NCBI GenBank assembly: GCA_964035545.1
Contig: OZ037768.1
Coordinates: 22,849,319-22,913,318, forward strand
Reading direction: 5' to 3'
Source: Bugula neritina
Lineage: Eukaryota > Animalia > Bryozoa
DNA length: 64,000 bases
A program made the position numbers and the translations under genes. Position 1 is the first letter of the stretch. Each line of letters opens with the position of its first letter. The notes under the pieces were generated by a model that made no database searches, had not been told where the DNA came from, and was given only the letters and a program-made list of their open reading frames with translations. This document shows positions 36,837 to 49,700 of the stretch, piece after piece.

Positions 36837-37713
36837 TGTTAGACTTTTGCAGGAGACATAAAAATTTATTCATTGAATCTACAATATTCAATTACTTGAG
36901 AAATGACTTAATAAAGAAATACAAGCAAATAAAATTTGTATACATACAAAGAATTTATAAATAAATGCAACTAGAATTAGGTAATAATGTGAAACAATAA
37001 ATTTTGTTCTATTTTAAACAGCAATACAACATAGTTATTGCAATATGACATTGTTAGCCTATGAAATATGGAATCTTTTTAATTGTCAGGAAAATATGTT
37101 ATCATAATGTATAAGTGCAATAGTTTACCTGCGAGCTTAGTTGCTTGTTTCAGGTAATCTTTCTTTAAACCTCTTGTACATTGTTTTTGCATTTCTAACA
37201 GACATGTTCCTGTATGCTCATTGATTCTTGCTCTGTATTTCATAGACAATATTACAAGCAGTTTACTTTTGACCAATGAAAACACTGGATCTCACTCAGC
37301 TAGAGAACATGTAATTTGGAGTTATTTTCTCAAAGTTATAGCACTTGTTCACAAACAAATTTTGAAGTTGTCTTTTTTCCAATTATTGCTTTCGTAAATA
37401 TTAATTCATGCTATGGTATTAAAATTAAAAAAATTTATTTAAACTAAATTTAAAACAACAAAAACAATTGATCAATATATTCAATTTTTTAAAAAAAAAA
37501 GTTAAAGAAATTATACTGTGTACGAGAACATGGTATCATTTATTTACAGGTTTCTCAAACAACAACATGGCTGGAGGAGATTTCCAGTGGATTTCTCAAC
37601 ACTGACGAAGTTTTTAGCTATTTGTTTCATAATGCTTTATATTGGATTATATTTTGAAGTAGAAGTATTGCAAAAATGGATTAATATTGGAATAATAAAC
37701 CTGCTGTTCTAAA

Positions 37714-40700
37714 ATGTCGACTCTCAGTCGAAAAAACACCCATAATGAGGAACCTGAGGTAATCAATTATCAATATCATAATTAATTTACATTATCATTA
37801 TGAATATGATTTAATCATTATGATTATGATTTAATTTTATCATTTAGGAATTAAATTTAATTTTAATATTATCGAAAAATATAATTATATTCATTATCAT
37901 TACGATAATCATAATGATGATCTAAAAGTTAGACTGCTAGGTCTATAGGCTCTAACTCTAAGTATTAGTATAACCAAGTCTCAGGATCTTTGGTTATTGT
38001 AATTGACTTAGAGTATAACTATTAGTATCACTATGACTATCACTATGAGTATGACTATCAATATCAGAGTGATAGTCATAGTCGTAGTGTATCATTATGA
38101 TTAACAGATTATCATTGCTGATAGTCATAGTGATGCCTGATGGTGATGGTGATTGCTAGTAGACAGTAGTAGCAGTACTGGAACTGCTGCTAGTGCTAGT
38201 AGCTGTACAACTATAAGTTTGAGATTAGGTGTTACACTTAGTGTGACTCATTGACTTGCAGTATTATTATTTATTACTAAATTATAATTAAGATCATTGT
38301 CATTATGATAATGATTGAGCTTAAGGCTAATGATTAAATCTATTGCCATCACTCTGAGTTGAAGCTAGACTTATCATTTTAAGACATGGTGAGTATTGCC
38401 ATTGGTAATGGTATAGATATAACGATCACAACGATAATGATTATTGGTAGTTATTTAAGATGATATTTATTAATATTTAAAGTCACAGTAGAACTGAACC
38501 AGATGCAGTTTTTTATATTTGAAAGTGTGATTACATTTGATTCAACTTTGTTAATCACATCAGTCACTTGTTTCGAATTTATTGATCACCTTTTGTTTAC
38601 TACATTTGTTCACATTCAGCCAAAAATAAACTGTTGTAATATTAGCAACTTGCTTTGAATTTTAGTTTTTACTTAACCTGTGATAATGTACATTAAAATG
38701 ATGTAATTTTATGTAACTCAACTTTAGTGATAGAAACTAAAATAAATCACCTCACAGTAATAGTTTATTCAAATAGCGAATGCTTTAGTTGCCAATTTTG
38801 AGTTTGAAATACATAAATCAATGCTCTTGCCACTTGGTTATATTTATGCTCAAATAGAGATGAACTTGAAGTTAAAACTTAACTTTATTTTTGAAACTGT
38901 TGCCATATATTCAATTAAAATTTAACGAAGAATATTTAGTATACATTAAAGGCTAATAATATTGTTACTGCAGTAGCAGATCTAAAATTATCCTATAATG
39001 ATAATCTAGCTCAACTTTAGTAACTGTTAGTAATGTTTTTGTTGAACTGAAACAGCATCTGGTACAATAACCTATGATGAATGATACTTTAAATGGGCAT
39101 AGCAACATCTAAATTTCAGCATCAACAGGCCAACTAACTTTCAATCAGTAAAATTGATTTATTTTTATTGAATGTCATAGAATTGCCGATTTTGCAATAA
39201 GAAATGGAAGTTTGATGCATTTTATTGCATATATGAGATTATTTAAACTTCTTATAGCTAGATGCGACCTAGTAATAAATTGAGATAAAGGTCATGTGAA
39301 TCACAAAAATACCACCACAGATTTTTCTATAATCCACTAAGTCAATCATTACTAAATAAGTTTACTAAGTAACTGGTGTTACAGCTCTGCATTTTAATGA
39401 AGCAGTCACAAAAAAGTTTTGTTTTATTACACTCTTTTCAGAGCTCCAAGTTAGAGTTGAATTTTTCAAAATGGTGATTGTTTACACTGTGTTAATTGAG
39501 TTTACAGTTTATCAGTCAGATATAGCTGTGTTGTGACAAACATTTCACTGTCATCAAAGTTCAAACTGGTTGTTTTTTCCTTAAGCATATTTCTGTGTGG
39601 TCTAGTCAAGTTTGATCATGACAACTATGTGCTTCATCACTGGCTCAGCTGTGGTTTTGGAATTCTAATTTTAAGTCAGACTGAATCACTCCTGTTGATT
39701 CTGAAGCATCAAATCTATTTATAACTAAGGTTATTTGGAGCCATTAAGTTAGCCTATTCTATTTTTAGTTATTTTTAATAGACTGAAGTAGGATTGCTTT
39801 GTGAATTGATTATTTAATTAGAGTAATATAAAGACGGAATTTATTAAAAAAATTGTGATTGCTACTAATATTTTTGTTGATTTCGACAATATGTCAGGCG
39901 GCAAATTTTTATTTTGACAAAATATTTTTTCCAGTATGTATGCGACAACGGCTACATAACTTGTCTAACTGTGCTTGCACACGTGATACCAACAATATTT
40001 CATGAATGCAGTAAAAAGCCTGGCTATATGATTAAAGTTGAGCAGATGGTGAAAATAGGTGAATATTCCTTCAGTGGCAAATATTACAGCTTGGCATGTC
40101 ATAGAACTGTCAGATCATAATTAATTTACAACAACTTATTTATTATAACAGAGTTTGACTGCAGCCAACAGTCAAGCCTGTCACTAGAATAATTCATTGT
40201 TGTTTATATAATCTAGAGTTTTTGCTGTTGCATTTGAAAAGTGATAGTGTGGTGTATTCATTTTGTTGTCAAAAGCAAACTTAATATTACTTTGGCTAAT
40301 AATAGACTTATAATTTACATTTGCTATTTCTAATTTATCACACTGTGAAAGATGAGATTTGAGTTATGCGTACAATACTGGATTAGTATTGCACACTTGA
40401 ACTAAGTAGAAACAGTAGAGGGTTACTCAATAACTTTAGTGGGTAGTAGAGGTCTACGCACGACCAACGCGCAGTCCGTTCGTCTGCAATGAACTTTCTC
40501 ATTAACCTGCGCTCTCAGGTCTCCAGTATGAGTTGACTGAACTTCTCTGAGCAATTGCTGTACTAGTTGATAGTCACGACTTGGAGATCAATGAGTAGCA
40601 GGAGGCACCTCGATCTCACTGCTCCCTCTTCAGTCACACTATGATCATTCATTCACTAATGACAGATTATACCCCAATCACTCACTAACCTAATTATCTG

Positions 40701-43700
40701 ATTCTTGCATGCCTTTCATATGTTCAAATTAAGTTGATTCAAATTAAAGCAGCAATTTTACAAAATTGACCTTCATGACATGACAACCTTTTGAAGACTA
40801 AATTAATAGACCCTCTTGACATTTAATAACACGCTAGAATAAACTTTGTACAACTAGTTGCTGGCCATTTATTGTCCACTCTGGTTGCCTACTTAAGCAA
40901 TTTGCTTTTATTTTTATCTTTGACCATTTCTGGGTTGCCTTGAAAAGTTACATGAAAGAAAAAGTTGGGGGCAACAATTATTCTTTCCTTCAAAAAGTAG
41001 TGGTTGACAATTCCTACTTTTGCCCTCCTAGATCAAAATAAATTTATATCTTGGTAGCTTTGAATTTGAGAACAGGATATCTATTCAGATGTAGATGGAA
41101 TGAGTCACTACTGCCTACCAAGACGTACTACTTTGACTTGAAATAAATGTACCATTCACTAGCTTGCAGTAGACACAAAGTAAACTGAAATGCTATGGTC
41201 TGCTTGTAGATTGAGCTACAGAGTGAATACCTAAGTGCCGGAACGAGCAGCGGCAGCGGTGCTAATCAGACCCTCTTCGCCGAGAAGGTGAAGAAGAGCC
41301 AAGACGCCATACAGAAAGGAGATTTCAACTCTGCCGTGTCTCACTATTCAGATGCCATCAAACTCGATCCTGTAAGTTGATTCGTTGAATTTCAGTAACA
41401 ACTGATTTCATTGGTTTGCCTGTCTTATCACAGGAGCTGGAGACAATGGTTAGTACAATGACTAAAATAATGTTTTTTTATTGGTGTTTCCTTTTTATCA
41501 ATCAAGCTGTGTAACGAGGCAGGGGATAATTAAGTTGACAGAACACTTGTGTTGCTGGTAGAGAGTGGAACATGTCATTTCTTCTGTTTGGTTGGCTAGC
41601 TGTATACAGCTTACAACTTTCATTTCCTATTTTAATGCTAAATCGTGTCTTTATACATTAGAGAAAAGCTGAGTGCTCGTGCGTTGGAGGGATTAAATAG
41701 GCATGCCATGTGTTCTTAATCTCCTAATGAAGAAACTCTGGCGCCAGCATGGTTTTTCTGGGACTCTAACCCACAAGTTGTGATGTGCACAATTTACCTG
41801 AAGCTAGTTGTGTACAGTTTACCTGAAGCTAGTAGTGCACAGTTTACCTGGAGCTAGTTGTGTGATGTAATCACTTTTGTTGTAGGTGAATCATATACTG
41901 TACAGCAACCGTTCGGCAGCCTACGTCAAACTTGGTCAGCACGAGAAAGCTCTGGCCGACGCTCTCAAGGCCAAAGAACTAGACTCATCATGGCCCAAGG
42001 TTTGCTTCTCTCTTCTGCTGTTAGTTGACCTGGTGGACAGTGTAACGGTTGGCTGTCTGGAGGTTTGATAACTCTGGGCCACAAATAGACTTGAGTTCAA
42101 ACAGCTGGATAAGGGGATACAATGAACCTGTTTATTTGGCCACTTATCGTTGACTGTGGCTAAGTTTTGCTTGTATTTTATCATATAAAAACATTTTCAT
42201 AACTTTGTTTGCTAGAAAAAATGTTATCAGTTACATAGTAAAACAGTTAAACAGTCACAGAGTTACAAAGTTACAGAGTGAAACAGTTACAAAGTTACAT
42301 GGTTACAGTATCAACTACTTGTAGTATGCATGTGTAGTGCAGAGTACAGTTCACACGGTTTTATCTGTTTCACCAGTAAACTGGCAGTTTATCTGTACAC
42401 TGGCTAGTCTAATTATACACTATTAGTGGTTGGGCATGGCTTGGTGTGGTTTGCTGTCAGTTAGTGAATATTGTTATAAATTATACAGTCCAGTTTCTGT
42501 ATCAGTCAGTCCTAGACAACCTGACACTACAGAACTGGACACACAGTGGCCGTGGCTGTCCATCAATCATGTCTGGTGGTCATAATCTCCCACTAATCTC
42601 TCCTATGAGTTCACCGTTAACTGTTCTCTTTACTACTATCAATAGGTCTAGTGGTAAATTACAACTATAACACAATGATTACCTTTCATTTTCATGCACA
42701 AATTCAAACAGCGTTAATTCACCCCTTTGATACCTCATTTCACGGTAATTTCCTTTTGTATACCAGCTATTGAATAGAATTTGGGCCACTTTTACAACCC
42801 ACTAAATTATCGATAATATTTGACTGCATTTTATGCTGAAATACAAACAAAAGCTTAGCCAGTTGATTAAGATGTTTGCAGCTAATGAGTGTGAATTATA
42901 TTCGCACTTTCCACTGTTGGTTGACCCCTGATAACAAGCACGGTTGGTCGTAGTGGAAGTAACTTTAGCTAGTCAGGCCAGAGGGTGCAATTTCTACAGT
43001 ATAAAATAGGCTCATCAAAAGCGAGTGTATATTGAATTACCCAGTGACACTGCACTGTTTACTTAGAAAGCAATATATTTGTCATCACTTTGTGTAGATG
43101 TGTGTTGGCTACTGTAAAAGCTAACTATTTGTTTATTACCTCCCAGTTCAGCTGCTCTAAGTTAGTGAAATATCAAGTAATCTCTCCTAGTAGGTGGCTT
43201 TCAAGTGCTTTTAAATCATGAATAATTGAATTTTAAAAACTGTGTCCCAAAATCTTTATTAAATTGGATGTTAGAAAAGAAAAAAAATCATGTAATTTGA
43301 AAACATTCTACTCTTTAGGTTGTGAAGGCAGTTTGTATTCCTTATTTTGACAATTTTTTATGTTTTGAACTGCCAAAGCCTCTGTTTCACTTTGTTTTCA
43401 TATGGTTGACAACTCCGAAACAATTGAAATGTTCAAAAAATCCTTTCCGTTATCTCAACTACACTAACAAGTTCTATGCACTTGCGTTAGTAAGTTTGGT
43501 ATTAATTCTATTTTCTTCAATATGCTTGACTAGTAATTCATTTGCCGTATTAATGACACGACACGCTATTTATGCCCTTTATTTTGATACAATACTATAA
43601 CTACTTGAAATTCAGACCCCAGATGTGTCCTATGCTTCAATTGAATAAGTTGTAGTTTAAATACTCCAGTTACATTACATTCTATATAATTGGATTGTGT

Positions 43701-46700
43701 TATTATAATTATTTTCTGGCATCAAGCCACAAGTTATTGAAAGCTGTAACAGCTCAGCAGTGAATAAACCATGCAATAGCCTAATCTGCATTAGCTATGC
43801 TTGTCCTTTTCAATCTGGTGTTATATTCTGCCATACTCAAATGTAAATGGTCCAAAACATAAAATCAAAATGATTAATTATGTAATTTCAGTAAAACAAA
43901 TATTTTTAAATTATAATTTAAATTATTAATGCTCAAAGAGGTGTAGATATTTGACTGCCTTAGCTGTTAGTCTTCCAAGTGAAAAATAGTCAAATGTGGG
44001 GGTGTTGGGGGGGGGTGTTGGGGGGGGGTGTTGGTGCATATCCTGTAAGATACTGACATTTCAGTGAAAATATCTGATGCATTGACATTGTGTTTTGTAG
44101 CCACCTATAAACACCCATTCTAATCAGCAAGAACTTTGTTTGGAGTGTATACATTATAAAGACTGAAAATACTATTGCAATAGCCTGAGGCTGCCATTGT
44201 GTTTCTATTGCATTGAATATCCACATGATTTATTAAAATCTTATTTGCATAATGGATTAGATTTTCACATAAAAGGGATAATTGCTGCAAATATTTATGA
44301 CTTTGTTCTGTGCTGGAATATAATTCATTCAGTTATGTGCAAATCAGCCCGAGGCAACAGAAAATCCTCAAAGGTTCTAGAAAATACCATGAAACTGCAG
44401 TATAATATGTATAATGTATAATGATTCATGGCGTCTGATGGTGTATTGCAGGCTTTCTACAGAGAGGGAATTGCGCTGCAATGTTTAGGACGGTTTGCTG
44501 ACGCTCTGGCAGCATTTGCTGCCGGCCTAGCCTTGGATTCAAAGAGTGCTCAATTATTAGGCGGGCTGGTTGATGCAGCATCGCGGTCGCCCCTCAAAGG
44601 TATGGATGTTGCCAGACTAAAGTATAATTAGATATTTACTAGGTTATATACAATGTGGGCCCTAATTACAATTTAATTAATTCTTATGCAATTTATATGA
44701 ATAAAGTGTACTATGGTGTCGTGGCTTAAGATGTAGTAATCCGATTCTATGAGTGATCTCTCCACCACTTTCTCTAGAGCTCTATGATTATGTTGTATCT
44801 AGTCCTAGTCAAAACATAACGTACAACTATTAACTGCATTGGTACAGCTAGAGACTATATAATATTTGAATTAGGAATCAGCACCACTATTTTCTTTCCT
44901 CTAAATTAAGAGAGTAGATAAGTCTGCACCTGGGTATTTAAATTCAAAACTTTCATGAGCTTTTACCACGAAATTCTCAATGGATCACTTTTCAACACAA
45001 TTTCTGCAAAGCACACGTGCATGCAATTAAATAAGGAATAGAATAGCAGTCGTCTGCAGCTATGCTATGAATTCTGGGAATGTGCCAAAGCAGTAGAGCT
45101 AATAGGGTCTGAATTTCGTGACTTTGTTGTCAACAAAATTATTGCCACCAAACTTTATCTATAAATGATTAGATGTGGCATGCAGTCAGCAGTAATGGCA
45201 GCATGCTATTCCTTTACCTTGAAACACAAAATGATTGTTTAATTACTTAGCTTCACTCTGCCAGTCTCACTCTTCCAGTCTCACTTTTTCAGCCTCACTC
45301 ACTCAGTCTCACTCAGTCTCACTCAGTCTCACTCACTCAGTCTCACTCATTCAGTCTCACTCACTCAGTTTCACTCCCTCCGTCTCACTCAGTCAGTTGC
45401 ACTCAGTTAATCTCACTAACCCAGTCTCACTCTATCATTCTCACTCACTCACTCACTCAGTTTCACTCACTCAGTCAGTTTCACTCACTCAGTTCCACTC
45501 CCTCCGTCTCACTCAGTCAGTTGCACTCAGTTAGTCTCACTAACTCAGTCTCACTCTATCATTCTCGCTCACTCTCTCAGTAGCATTTTCCAATTCACGA
45601 GTCACTCAATGGTAAATCTTTTAAACCTTTGAAACTCATCCCAGTAAGGAAAACTTAGGATAGTAGACAATAGACAATAGAAGCATAATTAGTAATATTA
45701 TATTCCATAATTTATTATTTAAGGTAGATTTATGGCATTTAAACTGCTATCAAAGAAAAGTAGACAGTACCTCTAAACTAAATCCCAATTTCAAACTTAC
45801 TAATACAACAGATTACATATAATATCTACCTCTGCATCTACCTTTACATTTCTCTTCTGCATTCAATTATTTTTAAAATTCTCTGAAACATGAAAATCTA
45901 TAAAGAGAAAAATTATTATTTTCTACGATGGCTCCTCCATGGAAATATTAAACCAAGTGCTGTAATCAAGCACAGCTGCAATTTGCACAAGTTTTGTGTA
46001 ATTTTAGAAGCATAGAGTCTGGGGAGAATATGTAGATAAGTTTGTAACTATTAATTGAATTGGAAATGTTATACACTGGCTAATTTGTGCGGTGAATAAA
46101 TGTCATGTAAACTTGTAATCATATAAAATTATCTAAATGAACAAAAATGAAATAGAATAACAAGAAACGTCTGCACTGGTTTTTCTGCATATAAACCTGC
46201 CTTAAATATTTTGCTAGTAGTGATGCAAATTTTTTTCTGAAACTACACATGAGTTAAATGTAGACTTGTTTGATGCGGGATTTTAATTACAGTAATTATA
46301 TTAATTTTTAACTGATTTTAATAAAAATTATGTAGATGATGAGTATATTTAAATATAAAAATAAAGTTCCACGGTGACATATACCCAAGTAGTGTTTTGG
46401 ACAAAATCAATAGAAGTATTCTTTATTTTAAATGGATATGTCTAATTTTGCTGTCTTTAGTATTTCTCAGTTTCATAGACTCATGTTTTGTATGTATAGA
46501 AAAAATGTAGATAGTGTATAGATAATGTGAGGAAAGTATATAGCTGGTGTCTAATTATTATTATGTATACTATAGAGTGTGTAAAAGGTTTGTAGATAAT
46601 GTATATAGAGTATAGAAAGCATTTAGGTAGAGTATGTAGAAGGTATAACAGAGAGTATATAGAAGGTATAACAGAGAGTATATAGAATGTATAACCGAGA

Positions 46701-49700
46701 GTATATAGAAGGTATAACAGAGAGTATATAGAAGGTATAACAGAGAGTATATAGAAGGTATAACAGAGAGTATATAGAAAGTATAACAGAGAGTATATAA
46801 AAGGTATAACAGAGAGCATCTAGAAGGTATAACAGAGAGTATATAGAAGGTATAACAGAGAGTATATAGAATGTATAACAGAGAGTATATAGAAGGTATA
46901 ACAGAGAGTATATAGAAGGTATAACAGAGAGTATATAGAAGGTATAACAGAGAGTATATAGAAAGTATAACAGAGAGTATATAAAAGGTATAACAGAGAG
47001 CATCTAGAAGGTATAACAGAGAGTATATAGAAGGTATAACAGAGAGTATATAGAAGGTATAACAGAGAGTATATAGAAAGTATAACAGAGAGTATATAGG
47101 AACTATTTACACAGAAACCACCTATTACTACATAATTTACTGATACATATAAGATCAATAACTCAATACAACACAATCTCAGATATGCACTTAGAATCTT
47201 CCTCTTAGGTCAGGTAACTGTTTGATGCCATTTCTATTAGCTGTCCACTCATGCATAATCTTCTTATACAATATATCACCTGATGCTACAGTCAGATTAC
47301 TCTCTATTCTATACTCTCTGTTCTATACTCTCTGTTCTATACTCTCTATTCTATACAATAGCAATTATGTAAACTTAACATTGGGTGTCTTGTTCTTCTT
47401 CACCTCTTCTAATAATTGTTATTCTAAATTATAAACTTTATACTGTAAATTTATGTTAATTAAAGCAGTTTTTGTCTGCTTGAAGCTCAAATATGAATTG
47501 ATATTAAAATTTATTCCTGCACGAACTTTGTGCTAAACTCTGCCACCCATGATGCCTCAACCTGTTCCCTCCCTCCCTACGTTCCCTCCCCTCTGCTACG
47601 TTTCACCTGCTATTGGTTTTGGTTAAGTGCTTATTTTCAAGTAGAATAACCAGTTGCAGTGTATTTCAAACTGTTGCTGCTTTACTCCAGATGTAACTGT
47701 TTTTATTAACTCATAATATCAAAACTTGTCTTCAGGTTTAAGTATTTGTACAGCTATTCAAACTTAATCAGGTCGATTGTGTTTGTCAGTATCTCCTGTA
47801 AGCTAGGTCTAAGTTCTTTGTATGAGTTCTTCTAATATTCTATAGTATTCCATAGCGCTATTCAGCTTTACTGTTATTATTCTCTGTAAATACTATGCTG
47901 AATGCAAGATTTAGAAGTGAAAGACTAGTCATTCCTATGAAATCATGAATAGGAATGCATCCTTAGCAGTTTTCTTTCCAATGTAGTGTATTCTAATCAT
48001 TTTTTATTGTGACTTGCTTCTACAAATTTTTAGCTGTTTTTGAAAAACTTGGTATTGAGAAAAATTACTATGAGTTTTTAGTATAGCAAGTAGCAGATAT
48101 TTGGATTGTATTATAATATAACTTTGAATAAAGCCGATTGGCTGATGATAAAGCTGCAGACGACTCAGTTGCAATGCTACTTGTAAGACTTCCCGCATTG
48201 TTTCAGTCCTGGCAAACCATGTTGTTATCTTGTAGTATGCAAAACAATGTAGTAGTAGTAATAGTCGGATTTTCTAAAAATAGAGGCTTCACTTACTATA
48301 CTGTATGTTACCCTAATGTCTGGCTATATGTTACATAACCAGTAATAATATTTATATATATAATATTGATTTGTTATTAAAACAAGTCTCACCTAACAGG
48401 TGTTGCTGCCAATGTCACCAGATGCCAGTGTGTGTATTTATTAGAGATTAAACTCTACTTGATGGAACTGATATAAGTTTCAGTTCATTATGTAAATCTA
48501 TAGCCAGCTAATTATTGTCAACCCGTTACTTTGTTTCAGCTCGATTCTCGCCCACATATCAACAGCTCCGCTCAATGAAACTCGACAAAAATGCTTTTGT
48601 TATCATCTCAGTGATTGGCCAAGACTTGCTAGCGTGCAACTACCATGCTGCCTCTGTGGTGGTCTTGGAATCAGCTCTGCTTATCGGAACTTGTAGTCTG
48701 AAGTTGCGGGGCAGTGTGTTCTCTGCCCTCAGTAGTGCTCATTGGGGGCTCAAGAACTGCGACCAGGCTATTTCTTACATGCAGAAGGATTTGTCTGTTG
48801 CTAAATCCCTGGGTGAGTTTTCTACTAGTAGTATTAGTAGTACTAGTAGTACTACTAATACTAGTAGTACTAGTAGTAGTAGTACTAGTAGTAGTATTAG
48901 TAGTAGTACTAGTAGTAGTAATAGTAATAGTACTAGTAGTAGTAGTGGTAGTACTAGTAGTAGTAGTGGTAGTAGTAGTAGTGGTAGTGGTAGTGGCAGT
49001 GGTAGTAGCACTGGTAGTAGTAGTAATGGTAGTAGTAGTACTGGTAGTAGTAGTACTAGTAGTAGTAGTAGTAGTAGTAGTAGCAGTAGCAGTATTAGTA
49101 GCAGTAGTATTAGTAGTAGTAGTATTAGTAGTAGTGTTATTAGTAGTGTTATTAGTAGTACAGATTGTTAAATGTCAATTTATCAAACACCAACTTACCA
49201 TGTGACCACAATGTTACATAATCAGCAGACAATAAAGTGAAAATCTGTGAGAAACTTCTCTGTCATTCATTATTTGGTTGCTTGGACTGATAGCTGCTTC
49301 TATTAGTGTTGTAATGTTGATATATTACAGTGCTCCCTCATATCTCTGAAACCTCAATTTATGTCATAGTAGAATACCAGATTCAACTAATGGATTAGTT
49401 ACATTCGGCCATTTTGTCTCTATTAGTCTATAAGCGCACACATAAGCCACATACCAGGCCCAAACCCTTCTAGAATTTCGTGGGATATGGAGGAAGCACT
49501 GTAATATTATTATATTGCTGTAGATGATTTTATGTCTCAGTGAATTTATTAATTTTTGAAAGTGCATTTTGCTGTGAGGCTCAAAATAAGGAAAAAAGAG
49601 TTTAACTTGAGGTAAATTATACGATATTACATTAGGTGAAAGAGTTGTGTTAATGATAATTTGGAAAGACAACTCCTACTTAGTCTATGCTGACTTTTAG

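Noticed and set aside
43996-44034. G-run cluster (potential G-quadruplex) in TTC28 intron 3
   Set aside because: A simple poly-G/GGTGTT low-complexity tract with no evidence of function.
46481-47176. Three hydrophobic repetitive minus-strand ORFs
   Set aside because: Readings of the 23-bp minisatellite.
48714-49205. Poly-Val, poly-Leu and poly-Ser ORFs
   Set aside because: (AGT)n microsatellite after the TTC28 exon 5 donor.
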